In this document: one piece after another, positions 13,501 through 63,526 of the stretch
Position numbering within the stretch: position 1 is the first letter of the stretch
How the letters are laid out: the number at the start of each line of letters is the position of its first letter
Assembly: GCF_037042905.1 (NCBI RefSeq)
Contig: NC_087250.1
Coordinates: forward strand, 4,590,001 to 4,654,000
Source: Lytechinus pictus
Taxonomy: Eukaryota
Reading direction: 5' to 3'
Length of the DNA stretch: 64,000 nt
Made by a program: the position numbers and the translations under genes
Notes under the pieces: generated by a model
What the model was told of the DNA's origin: nothing
Seen by the model: only the letters and a program-made list of their open reading frames with translations
The model's database searches: none

Positions 13501-16500
13501 ATTTCAACAGAGGAAGAACAAAATGTACATAAATTAGATTCAGACAAGCCAATATCGTAAAGATGTTTGTTCACTCCCGTTATGCGATTGAAAAGTTTAT
13601 ATTGAAAGTAGCGGAGTTTTGTTGAAAGACAGCATTTAAAGGGAATCATATACAATCTGTTCCAATTATTAACCGGTTCATTTAAAATAGATGCCCATTT
13701 TGTTTGCGAAGTAGGGGACTTTAAGATTTTATCAACAGAAATTATATGGATAAACTTGCATACTTAGAATCAACAGCTTTGATTCTAAGATTCTGATCAC
13801 CGTGATTTTTCAATGAACTTTTAATTCCGAAGGCCCAAACATCATAAAAATAAGCCTCATACGATTTGGTGATAGTGGTGGTAGCACTACAGCGCAGTAC
13901 AGTATAGGAGATGTTTTCATGGAGAAAGAGCAATGGGCGTAAATCCATATAGTTATCCATAATTGATGTTCATTTATTTTGAATGATCGAATAATTTTCC
14001 CCAATAAATGGCAATTCGGTGCTCGCGCAGTTGATCAACCAACATACAGATACAATCAATAAAAATAGACAATCATGACGACAATTGTGACACACAGTCA
14101 TATCAGAAAAACAAGTAACAACTGTAAAGTTTCATCGCAACATTTTCTTCACTTCTAATAAACTTCATACGAGGGACGAAATGAAAATTAAACAACACTT
14201 TTAAGATCGGTCTATACTACACTGCGAATTGTCTATTTTTTGCCAACTATGTTTTCACAAATTTGATTAGTAGCTAACTGGACTACAATCAATTCAGCTA
14301 TTCAGAATTATTGTAACTAATCATATCAAACGAATATAAAGATAAGAAATGGGAATAACGTGGATGGCAAAAAGACTAAAAGGGTAATTCGAATATTTAA
14401 TAGATTTTGAAGAAAAATTTGAATAGACATAATGCCTGACAGTAGTGACGTCACAGGGGAGGGGGCGGCGGCAGGGAGCACCTCCCCCTCCCCGATTTTT
14501 TCAATATAGTGGGGAGAAAATGGGAAAGCAGGTGAAATAGGAAGAAGGTAGAAAGTAAAGTATAAAAATGAAGTATAAAGTTTTCAATAAAACCCTATTT
14601 AAGAAAATTATCCAAATGAAAGTACAGTATAAAAAGGTGGATTTGTTTTTACCCCAGTCTTTTAATCCAAGTCGTTCCTTTTCTGATCTGGCATAAGACA
14701 GCATCGCTTCAGCATCGTCACAACTGACGACCTCCATGCCATGCTTGAGCAGGAATAAGGAGTCCACCCTGGAAAGAGAATAGAATCATAATGATACAGT
14801 AAGATGGTTTGTTCGTGATTTGGGTCGTTGGTGGCGGTAGTCAATAAATTAGAAATACAAGCAGTGGAGGTGCCGTGGCCGAGTGGTCTACGGCGCCTGG
14901 CTATACATGAAAAAGTTCGGGGTTCGATTCCCGGCCGCGGCACCTCTGCCCGTGAGTAAGGCATTTAATCTACAATGCTCTTTTATCCTGCTTTCAAATA
15001 AATTAAAATGCTATATGCATTACTCGTTACTAGGTGTGCACTTGTTTAAAAAAAAAAAAAAAAAAAAAAAAAAGTAGTGGTGGTGGTAACAATCCAATTG
15101 TTTGTCACCTTGAATAGCGTCATGAACCATTACGTATACCTTTCTTCATCATCATCTTCACCATCTTCATCATCATCATCATCACCGTCATTATCACCAT
15201 CATCATCACCATCATCACCACCACCATCATCATAAATATCACCTTCATTATCATCAACATTAAAATAATCGTCATCACCATCGTCACCATCGTCATCATC
15301 ATCATCACCACCATCACCACCATCACACCTCATCATCATCATCATTAACAATGTATTATTACCACTACCATCATCAGTACCATCCTTATTACTATTATCA
15401 ACATCACCACCAACAACATCACCGTCATTTTCACTATCATCATCGTCGTAATCATTATCATCATCATCGCCACCACCATAACCATCCTCCTCCTCATCAC
15501 CATCACCAACATCAATCTCACTACCATCATCATCATCATCACCACCACCACCATCATCATCACCATTCATCATCACCACCATCATCATTATCACCACTAT
15601 CATCATCATCATCACCACCACCATCATCCTCATCAACATCGACATCAGAATAGATGTAGCCCTCACCCTGTTCCGCACGCGGCATCCAGAATCCTCCGAC
15701 AGTTGTTTCTCTGTAGTACCCCTAGCAACCATTGGTTATATTTAAAGGACCTCTCGGCAAGAGGACCGAGTTTGTGGACAGCATCACTGTCATCAAAAGG
15801 ATTCGATATGTCTTGCTAGAAAGAATAAACCAAAAGAGAAAATCTTATATACTGATTGTGGACATGGTGACTGTATGGAGGGTGTACAAACGTGAGCAAA
15901 ATCCTAAATCCCTGTTAAGTCAGTAGGAATCCGATCCAAGTCACCGGACTCGGGGTTTAGCTGTCACACTTGTGAAGAAGTCTGATCTAGTTACGAGTCT
16001 AGATCTGTCTGTTAGTATACATCAATTCATCGCACCCACCCATATTTATCTAAGACTTGGGCATATATGCCCCCCCCCCAAAAAAAAAGGGTGCTATCTA
16101 ACATAAATTTTACCTTTATAATAAAAAAATCGCTCTCTCCCTTGCTTTGCCATGTTCGCTCGGAAAGCAGCCGACAGGGCCTCGACAAGAGGCTAGGGTA
16201 AGGCCGGTTAATTCCATACAGGCCTACGTATACAGGGGGGGGGGGTCAAGTTCAAGTTCAAGTTTTATTTAAAGCAATCGAACAAGATACATATTACACA
16301 GTGTAACAAAAAAATAAGAATACATGATAGGTTTCAGGTTTGGATACCCATAGAAGCAGAGCTTGTGAGTTGTGAGAGGGGCCCCTTATATAGAACATTG
16401 CAACAAGAATGTGATGAAAAATATATACCATGCTAATCTAGAAAGGAAATAAGTAAAATACATACAAAAAAATCCACACACACACATACACACACCCACA

Positions 16501-18215
16501 CGGATACAAAAAGCAATCCCCAGAATGAGACAATAAGAACACCAAGTGTATGCACGGATGTGACTATGAATAATTGTGTTTTTTTTTTCTTCAAGAACAC
16601 AGCGAGTGAAGCAAACGACGAATAAATCAATTTCTTATTAGATAATTTCATAGTATCGGATAATAATAATAATAATGGTAATAATAATGATATAAAATAA
16701 TGATCATAATAGACAAACGATTATGATGATGAGTTTAAATCAATTCAGGATTCCGTTTATTTTTTTTTTCTACTTTGAAACCTTATAGACGGTAATGATT
16801 ATCCATTACATCAGAAAATGTGGGTATTGCTTCCCCATCACCCCCCCCCCCCCCGTTGCCAACGCCCCTCAATGACCGCGCCCTACATGCAATCCCAAAA
16901 AAAGAAGGTTGTGCGAATAGGCTCCCCGTCACGTAAGTAGGCCACATTGCAACTGCCTTTATTTACTTGTGCAATATCCCGTAAAGCAAAGATTTATTCG
17001 TATCTAGATTTTCACGATGAATTGTACATTATTGTAGTCAATACAATCATCGTAAAACAATTTCGTATAGTTTGCGGATCGAACTATACGAGCAAAATAT
17101 CAGAAAGTTGTAAATATGTAATTATTTATTTCCATAAAACATACAAAGATTTAGAAGAAAACTAAACAAATGAAATGGTATATAATTCCAGTAAGATCTA
17201 TTATATTAATGGTTGATGTATAAAACAAGAATAGAATGAGGTAATATCAACAACTGCAAATTTGATATAGAACTGTATCATAATTACGATGCGAGATAGA
17301 CTTTCAAAATATTTTTTTGTTTATTTTCAGCATTTTTAAGCCCCGGCCCCTCATTTTTTTGTGGGGGGCAGAGTCCGATTTTCGACCGAATTTCTTAAAA
17401 ATGATGATCAGATCATCAGGACAACAAATGGGATACGTAAAAGTTGGTTTCGAATTATACCAATTTATAGCTTAGTTCTATTTATAATTATAGGGAATAT
17501 CGGTCGGTACAGAATATTTGGTTCTGATATGCAGAAGAAACATCTCTAGCGCGAAGATGCATAGGCAACATAATTATCATTTCGACCCAAACTCGTCTTC
17601 TTCGGGCCAGGGATACACGAACAATAAATATTTAAGATATTGCATCTGTCAGAAAATTATTCATTTCTCATTAACGTATAAACCTCTTCGCTGAAGCTAA
17701 ATAATGCAAAGTAAACATAATATATAATTGTAAGTTGTGCATTTTATTTTGCAAATGCGGCTGTCGTCGGGGCAGTCTCAAAGGATTCAAATTCAAACTC
17801 TTACTAACATCTAACATAAACGATTAAAAAATTGAATTATGAAAACAGGTAAAGAAATATTAAGTTTCAGTTATTATAAGTGAGGTGTTTATCTTCGTTT
17901 GGCGCCCCGAGGATCCTCTCTCTGGAAGAAGATCTAAAAGGCATCGTCAATTCGTATCCTCTTTGCTCTTCTCGCTCGCTTGTGTACACGGTCTACGCAG
18001 GGAAGTGGTAGTTTTCTTTGGGAGTGTCGGCAGCCGAGAACACGACGCGACCGTCGGTCATGGCTGTAATAGGAAAATGTATATAGTACGCCAATGAAAA
18101 GTGACCTGGCGAGTTCAGGGTCAATACATACACAGTATTGGAAGAATAAAACCACCTTGACAATAACATGTCGGCCCTATTCGAAAATGTACAAGAAGAA
18201 TACAGAACTTACCAT
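7367..18215 (-). CDS. GNMT: Glycine N-methyltransferase-like SAM-dependent methyltransferase, spliced, about 270 aa: join(18213-18215 [or 22634-22636], 15667-15815, 14653-14768, 11243-11493, 9501-9631, 7367-7529)
   Basis: Hand-spliced GT-AG exons with matching phases total 813 nt. The product is collinear with GNMT: [69 protein letters not shown]. It is a divergent paralog rather than a certain ortholog. Confidence 0.88.
9086..9388. mobile_element. MITE
   Basis: TIR AGCGTTGAGTAAGTAA / TTACTTACTCAACGCT. Confidence 0.7.
9501..9631 (-). CDS. GNMT: GNMT-like exon 5
   Basis: cccacag|EDTLPGVSTKTITVDGVPTQVDIIYDMLMKDGDTGNNDSNKIE|gtgagt; phases 0 and 2 fit the neighbouring exons. Confidence 0.85.
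9940..11030 (+). mobile_element. Degenerate 5'-truncated L2 LINE in a GNMT-like intron
   Basis: LLDLSAAFNTVDH-like segment (~9975), HSYADDIQI, RAFAHAGP. L2-type 3' stem-loop GCGCC...GCGCTATACAAAT with an (ATT)n tail. Confidence 0.88.
11243..11493 (-). CDS. GNMT: GNMT-like exon 4
   Basis: ttggcag|[29 protein letters not shown]...[13 protein letters not shown]...KNVYHK|gtaagt. Confidence 0.92.
11884..12120. repeat. Degenerate (TTTGAA)n hexamer repeat
   Basis: Direct inspection. Confidence 0.85.
13092..13745 (-). mobile_element. 3' fragment of an L1/Tx1-type LINE (zinc-knuckle C-terminus)
   Basis: KLRYFQYKLFNRI...CTFCSSSVEIISHLFWDCP (CCHC zf-RVT), followed by AATAAA and an A-rich tail on the minus strand. 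Confidence 0.85.
14653..14768 (-). CDS. GNMT: GNMT-like exon 3
   Basis: ctttccag|VDSLFLLKHGMEVVSCDDAEAMLSYARSEKERLGLKDW|gtaaaa. Confidence 0.9.
14866..15073 (+). mobile_element. tRNA-derived SINE with poly(A) tail
   Basis: A box TGGCCGAGTGG, B box GGTTCGATTCC, non-tRNA body CCCGTGAGTAAGGCATTT, tail of about 26 A. Confidence 0.85.
15142..15645. repeat. (CAT/CAC)n trinucleotide low-complexity tract
   Basis: Direct inspection. Confidence 0.95.
15667..15815 (-). CDS. GNMT: GNMT-like exon 2 (SAM-binding motif I)
   Basis: ttctttctag|[50 protein letters not shown]|gtgagg. Confidence 0.9.
18213..18215 (-). CDS. GNMT-like proximal first exon (coding part is ATG only)
   Basis: Minus strand reads GGAAATG|GTAAGTTC. 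The phase-0 donor matches the phase-0 acceptor of exon 2. Confidence 0.6.
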
Positions 18216-18296
18216 TTCCGTGTAAATTATTCGCGACAGTCTGCATGCAGTTTTGTGAATCAACGAGTTCGGTGAAATAAACCTGCACTCGGGATA

Positions 18297-18308
18297 ATTT
18301 TATATATA
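18297..18308 (-). promoter_or_regulatory. Candidate TATA box for the proximal GNMT-like first exon
   Basis: Minus strand TATATATAAAA lies about 85 bp upstream of ATG 18215. Confidence 0.35.
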
Positions 18309-18591
18309 TTTGTCGTATATATAATCCAGTATATTGTATTGTACACTAATTATATAAGATATAGGCCTATATCATGACATACTGATGAGTTTGATGTCGG
18401 ACTGTGTGGAAGGTGTACAAAGTACAAACACAAACGTGAGTACTTGCAACAGTTATAGCTAGTGTCATATTTGTGACGAAGTCTCTATAGTAGGCCTATA
18501 GTTCCGAGTCTAGATCTAGCTGTTAGTAGTTACATCCACCGATCGCATCCCACCCCTTGTGGCATAATCGTCCCCCCCCCCCAAAAAAAAA

Positions 18592-18821
<230 letters not shown>

Positions 18822-20484
18822 AGGAATATGCAAGCTGGCAAAAATTTAATCTTTTAATACAGAAATCTAATCTCGGAGATAGAGTTTGACAAAATATTCA
18901 GAAAATAATTATTTCACCCTTTTCCCTTTTCTTTTCTCATTTTTTTTTCTTGGCCGTAAAATTGGCCCAAGCCGCCCCCCCCCCCACCCATATGCAGCAT
19001 GTTCGCATGGCCCTCCGGGAAGCGGGGGTGTTGAAGCACCCCAAAAAATTTAATTGGGGGTGTTGCGTGTATTATTCTCCATAGGCAGCACCGCCAGGAA
19101 TTCTGGAAGATGTGTAAAAATTGAAAAAATGTAACAAAAATACATTCATTTTGTATACAGAAACATTTTTTTCCTTTCAAATTGTTCGTAATCAATATGA
19201 CCTCCATTCGATATTTTTTGTTGTTTTTTCTTTCTTTCTTTTCAAATTTATATCACAACCCCAGAAAAATGAATTTGCAAAATATACAAGACCGCTGTTC
19301 CGTATACATTATATCTTGGCATCATATTGCAATTTTACACAGATCGTACCATTAAATTAAAAGCTGTAATTAGTTTTATCCCTTACTTCTGTACTGTAGA
19401 GGCGCTATTGCTATATAGTTCTTGGGTAAAGATCATGTAATAAATATCAGTAACATTGTGCAATGTGAAAATATAAGATTCAAAAGGAATACCATATTCA
19501 TATGGATTTGTCATCATTATTTCAACCAGAATATAAGCGTGCATGCTGAGTGACTGACCTGGTAAAACCAATCCAGTTGTCGTATCATTCAGACCAGACA
19601 CATTGCACTGTGGAACAAAGTCTGAACAAGTACAGTGGACCTTGGCCACTGGACAGCGAGAGCCGTATGACCGCATGGCGTAGGGAGTGCAGTGGCTTAA
19701 CGGGCGGGGGGGGGGCATTGGGGGCAAGCTCCCCCCCCCCCCCCCCCCGGCGGATGTCACCGGGAAATAAAAAAAACGGGAAAAGGGAGAAAGAGAGAAA
19801 GGGAAAGGAAAAATAGAAAGAAAAAGGGGAAATAAAGGGAAAACGGGCAGGGAAAGGGAAAAAGGTGAAAAGAAAGGGACAGGAAGAAAGAACATAAATA
19901 GAGAAAATGGAAGGAAAGCGGGAAAAGGAACGAAAGAACATTTGAGAAAGTACAAAATATCCTGAAATTATAATACATAAGCATGATTGGCAAGAGAGGG
20001 ATATAAAATCAAAAGATATTACTCAATGGCACAGGCAAGAATGGCGGGGAAAATGGGAGAAAGAGGCTTAAAGAAACGGGAAATGAAGGTAGAGCCAAAA
20101 GCTACATTAAAACAATCAAAATATGAAGAAAAGGAATATAAAGAACGGGAAGAAAGGTGGATGGCGTCTATTATAAGCATGCTAAATTTTATGCAATAAT
20201 AGTTGCAATCAGGACAAAAAAATCCGTAGCCAAGGGCTATATCCCCACATGTCGATCATAACCTAAAAGTAAAGCTTTACGCCTGCTAGATTTACCGTAC
20301 AAAGCCTCTCAATGTTTACATTCGCCAAATTTTCAAAGCTATTATTACATAATTAGAATTTAATTTCAGCTTCGCTCGCTGGCGACTTTTTACAAATTTT
20401 ACCACATTTACTATGTTGTGCTGCCTCCAAATATTTCGTTTATTATCCGCAACTGCTTTGAAGTTATGTGCTGTGTATGTACCC

Positions 20485-20682
20485 CAGTGGCGTACCTAGG
20501 ATTTTCCACAGGGGGGGGGGGGCAAAATGGGCCGCCAAAAAATTTGACAAGCAAAAAAAAAAAAAAAATAAATAAAAAAGGTCTTCAATAAAAAAAATTA
20601 GGTTTTAGGGGGCAGGTATATGTCTTTTGTATGGGTTGTTAGAGTGCCCCCCCTGCCCCCCCCCCCCGTAGGTACGCTAGTG
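20485..20682. mobile_element. hAT-type MITE with 8-bp TSD
   Basis: ATGTACCC|CAGTGGCGTACCTA ... TAGGTACGCTAGTG|ATGTACCC. Confidence 0.85.
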
Positions 20683-22633
20683 ATGTACCCGCCGTTTGAT
20701 GATAAAGTGGCCATCTGCAATGTTTAAAAATATCACGAGGTTCCTTGGGCTCCGCCCCCTGACCAGTGACGTCATCAAGATGGAGGCACGGGGCATTTGC
20801 CCCCACTTGCTCCCCCCGAAATTTTGAAGAAAAAAAGAAAGATGTGTAGTTGATGTCATAAGTATCCTAATAAATCTGCAAAGTGCTCCAAAACAGCTTT
20901 TCGTTCTTTAAATTTTGAAAAAAATTCTCATCCATTCATTGTTATCTCCCAACAATATATGTCAACATAAATCTTTCAGGTCATTATATAAAATTCAAAA
21001 CTTCTTTTTACTGTTGACTGAGATAAGTAAATTATCTGTTCATATAGGGAATACAAATCCAGTATTCAAATCAATATGCTTCTCGCGATTAGAGTTTTCA
21101 TTATTCGTTTTAAGCGAGATACACATCCTGCGTATTCATATTTTCATAAATACAAAATTTTCAGCTCGCGCTATAATGCAAACAGCTATCCCTTAACAGG
21201 TCCCTTGTCAAGTCAGTAGTGCCTACATTGAAAAAAATTAGCTCACGCTTCTCGCTCGAATTTGTGAAATTGGCAAAACGTTGGTGTTGCCTCCCCCCCC
21301 CAAAAAAAAAAATATATATATATATTCTTTTGCCTCTCCCTAGGTTAAAAATCCTGGTGCCGCCACTGCCCCAGACCCAATCCGCATAGCACTGGCCAAG
21401 AAAAATAGAGAAAAGAAGATGCAAGATATGATGTTATTTTCTGAATGCCTTGTCAAAATCAATCTCAAAGTTAGATTCTCATGAAAAGTTGATTCTTTTC
21501 TCGCGCGCTTCGCTCGCTCGGGACTCGGGAATTCACCCTTTTCATAACGGAATATCAAGTATTTTCCGCTCGCATGATTGATTATCATGATAAAAAAATG
21601 TAAAGTATTCAGAGTGCCCAGATTCTGTCTAAATCTAAAACACACGCAAACATGTTTATTGAGATACGCAGCTTGATCTTTATTCAAAACGTGCTAATTA
21701 TCCAGTTTCAGATCAGAATATAAAAAAAATTCTGCTCGCGCTTTGCGTTCGCATTATTAATGAATTAAGGAAGATACTAAATTTCCATCCTTTTTCATGA
21801 TTTACAAAACGTGAATAGTGTCCCAGTTTTAGGTCTGAAATCTCAATTTTTTCCGATCGCATAAATAATTGTTTGGTTTTATAAGGTATAAAACCAAACA
21901 AGTATTGATGCGAGCGGAAAAAATTGGTATAATAGCCATACCGTTAATGATTAAAAAATTAATTTTTAGGTCGGAATGTAAAAAAAAATTAAGCTCGCGC
22001 TTCGCGCTTGCATTATTTAATATTTGAAATATGTAGCTTAATTTCTCGTATATATACGAATTAAACCTCCTCGCTGAAGCTAAAAAATGCAATATTATTT
22101 TTCAAATGTGGCTGTCGCCGGGGGAGTCCCAAAGGATTCACATGCAGTCTTACTAACATCCAACATAAACGATAAAAAATCATTATGATTACAATTGAGG
22201 CGTTCAGGCGTTTATCTTAGTTTGGTGCGCCTCGAAGCAGCCCCCCCCCCCTCTCTCTCTCTCTCTAAAAGAAGATCTAGAAGGCACTTTCCATTTTCTT
22301 AGTTTTACATGAAATCATAAATGTTTCATTTTTCCATGCATGTGTACATGATGTGTCTCCATTATGATGGCATCGCGTCAAACAATTATCCTCTTTGCTC
22401 TTCATACTTGCTTTGTGTAAACGCATGCATGGGAGTGTCTATACCGGACCGGGCCGAGTTCATATTATGGCGATCACTACGCGAAGACGCGAACGTGGAT
22501 GTAATAGGAAAATGTATAGGCCTATATAATGTGTACGGCAATGAAAAGTGACCTGGCGATTTATTTCACAGGTGACATATATGTGTAATATTTGACAGTT
22601 ACATGTATAAAAAAAAAATAGAATTGAACTTAC

Positions 22634-22636
22634 CAT
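22634..22636 (-). CDS. GNMT-like distal duplicated first exon (ATG only)
   Basis: Minus strand reads GAAAATG|GTAAGTTC, inside a diverged duplicate of the 17680-18260 region. Confidence 0.5.
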
Positions 22637-22844
22637 TTTCGTGTATTATTCGCGATAATCCGGGGATAGGGGATATAGCCTGCCTGCACAGTATATGCGA
22701 TTCAATCAACCCGTTAGAAAATATGTATGTTACAGCGCGGCGTCAATAGAGATCGGGGTAGCGGAGCATTACGTAGAATTACGTAATATATAATACATTT
22801 TGCCACAGTGGCATAGTTGCATGTATGGTCAAACAACCGGAGGG

Positions 22845-23516
22845 GGTGGGGGGGGGGGGCACTTCCATTGACGAGTGGATACCATGCGCGACCACGGGGT
22901 CTTGAAAAGCACCCTAAACACGTATTTTCCATATTCTGAAAATGCACCCCTTAACAAGTATTGGCGTGTGAAACCTTACCCTTAACAAGTATTGGAAACA
23001 AATACTATTGGCAATTATTCCCAGAACTGAGCCCCTAAACAAGTACAGCGATGTATTTTCCATATTCTCAAAATGCACCCCTTAACAAGTAATGGAAACA
23101 AAACGATACTCTTAGCAAGTATTCCCTGAAATGAACCCCTTAACAAGTACAGAGATATTTTATTGTTATGTCACGCGTCCGTCGGTCGTCGGTTTTAACT
23201 TTAGACACCATTATTTTGGTTTAGTACGGCCCCACCTTCCACACCTCGCGCAAATCGGACTCTAAACACGTAGTGTTGGGGCAAAAAGGACATCCTTTAT
23301 AAAACATTTTGATTTTGTTTTATCATCCCCGCATACCCTAAACACGTATATTTTTCCGAGCGAAATATATAGATACCCTTTTTTCAATATTTTTGTGTTT
23401 TTGACACCCTTATCACGTTACGTACGTAACGTGCCCTATCTTGAAAAAGACATCCTTTTTACGTGTTTTTTTGGTCGCGCATGGTATCCACTCGTCAATG
23501 TAAGTGGCCCCCCGGG
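22845..23516. mobile_element. G-run-terminated TIR element, copy 1
   Basis: TIR CACTT(A/C)CATTGACGAGTGGATACCATGCGCGACC at both ends. Confidence 0.8.
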
Positions 23517-24184
23517 GGAAGGGGGGGGGGATACAGCCCGTTCATGAAGGGGCGGGGCCCCGGGGGCGGGGCCGGTGCTATTTGCTACAGCTCAATTTCG
23601 TGATTCACGAGTAAGTAACGTGAATGAGTGGAAAACTATCATTTTAAAGTGATACTAATTTAGCAATTGTACATTAATTAAATTTCTTGAAAATTTCGAA
23701 CATATGAGGCCTTTACCAAAATTATGTTTGATACAATGCTGGAAATTACAGCCCTAGCTCAGCTAAATGGGTGATTTCGAAGGCTAGTCTATCCCAACAA
23801 CAACAAAAAAACATATGAAATTATAAAAAAGTTAAAGAAAATAAAATTTGAGATGTCATATAATAGTACAGCGTGTCCCACAATGAAATGTTAATGGCAC
23901 TTAAAGGGATGCTCCAGGCTGAAAATGAGAGCGAAGTGAGCGAGAAAAAAATCACCTTTTCATGAGAATCTAACTTTGAGATATGTTTTGACATTATACT
24001 CAGTAAAAAAATCATATATCCTACACTAATTTGGTTTCCTTTCCTCCTTGTTTTTTGTTCTCGGTTGTAAAACTTTTGGGAGCCTTTTGTTTTATCTTTA
24101 TTGCTTTTTTTTATGAGGAAGGTTCTATTTTTTTCAAATCAAAACAATAAACCTATTTTAATTCAGACAGGAATATGGGGTGGG

Positions 24185-24727
24185 CCCGGGGGGGGGGGCC
24201 ACTTACATTGACGAGTGGATACCATGCGCGACCAAAAAAAACACGTAAAAAGGATGTCTTTTTCACGATAGGGCACGTTACGTACGTAACGTGATAAGGG
24301 TGTCAAAAACACAAAAATAATGAAAAAAGGGTATCTATTTCGCTAGGAAATTTACGTGTTTAGGGTCGAATTCGCGGGGATGATAAAACAAAATAAAAAT
24401 GTTTTATAAAGGATGTCCTTTTTGCCCCTACACTTCGTGTTTAGAGACCGATTTGCGCTAGGTGTAGAAGGTGGGGTCGTACTAAACCAAATAGGTAAAG
24501 CCGACGACCGAAGGACCCGTAACAATAAAACATTTCTGTACGTGTTTAGGGGTTTATTTCAGGGAACATTTGCCAAGAGTATCGTTTTGTTTCCAATAAC
24601 TGTTAAGGGTAGGGTTTCACACGCCAATACTTGTTAAGGGGTGCATTTTCAGAATATGGAAATTACGTGTTTAGGGTGCTTTTCGAGACCCCATGGACAT
24701 GGTCGCGCATGGTATCCACTCGTGAAT
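24185..24727. mobile_element. Same TIR element, copy 2, inverted relative to copy 1
   Basis: Body is the reverse complement of 22861-23510. Confidence 0.8.
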
Positions 24728-24966
24728 ATTGTTAGGTGTAAAAACAAACCATGTTTAAAAAAATAAACTCCTTGGCCCTACCATCGACGGATATCCGGAA
24801 GATTGGAAAGACCCCCCCCCCCCCCCCGTTTTTGAGGTGAGAGAATTGGTGCGGCGGGTATCACCGAATCCGTCGCATAAAAACGCCCCTCCCCCACGGC
24901 CCACCTTCCGACGTGACATCATTCTCTCAATCACTGATTCAACGTGACACAATTTCTTTTCTTATC

Positions 24967-24982
24967 TAGCGCCATCTACCGG
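24967..24982 (-). promoter_or_regulatory. CTCF-like motif just upstream of the TBC1D2-like start codon
   Basis: Minus strand CCGGTAGATGGCGCTA resembles the CTCF core consensus. It sits in a CpG-rich stretch about 20 bp before ATG 25001. Confidence 0.45.
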
Positions 24983-25000
24983 TTTGTTTTGAAATTAGTA

Positions 25001-63181
<38,181 letters not shown>

Positions 63182-63257
63182 GTGAGTTGGCTGTAATCTG
63201 GGCCCCCGTAAACATGAGGCTTAGCGATTGATCATTGGGCCGATTTCTATGATTCCT

Positions 63258-63526
63258 GGGCCCCGTTGTACAAAGAGTTACAATTGATCCGATCAATCGT
63301 AACTCTATGGAAATCCATCAGTTTCATAATTTTTTCTACAGGATATTTGCAAAATGTCCTTTGTAATCAAAGAACACCCCAAATTGTCAAGAAATCAATG
63401 AATTTATGGATATGCATTCATATCTAGAATTTTTTTTGAACAAACATGCATTTCATATGTTGACTTTGCTGGCTTTCCATAGTTGCGATTGATCGGATCA
63501 ATCGTAACTCTTTGTACAACGGGGGC
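63258..63526. mobile_element. MITE with ~60-bp TIRs, nested in a related element (~63200-63600)
   Basis: CCCCGTTGTACAAAGAGTTAC...GATCCGATCAATCG is mirrored at the right end. Confidence 0.75.

Noticed and set aside
13742..14004. Short overlapping minus-strand ORFs next to the L1 fragment
   Set aside because: No recognisable motif or splice support.
14866..14945. tRNA-like sequences here and at 41675, 47556 and 61106 as real tRNA genes
   Set aside because: They continue into shared SINE bodies and tails, lack an immediate Pol III terminator, and have imperfect cloverleafs.
15120..15732. Long Met/Asp/His-rich ORFs
   Set aside because: Artefacts of the (CAT)n microsatellite. The real exon (15667-15815) is in another frame.
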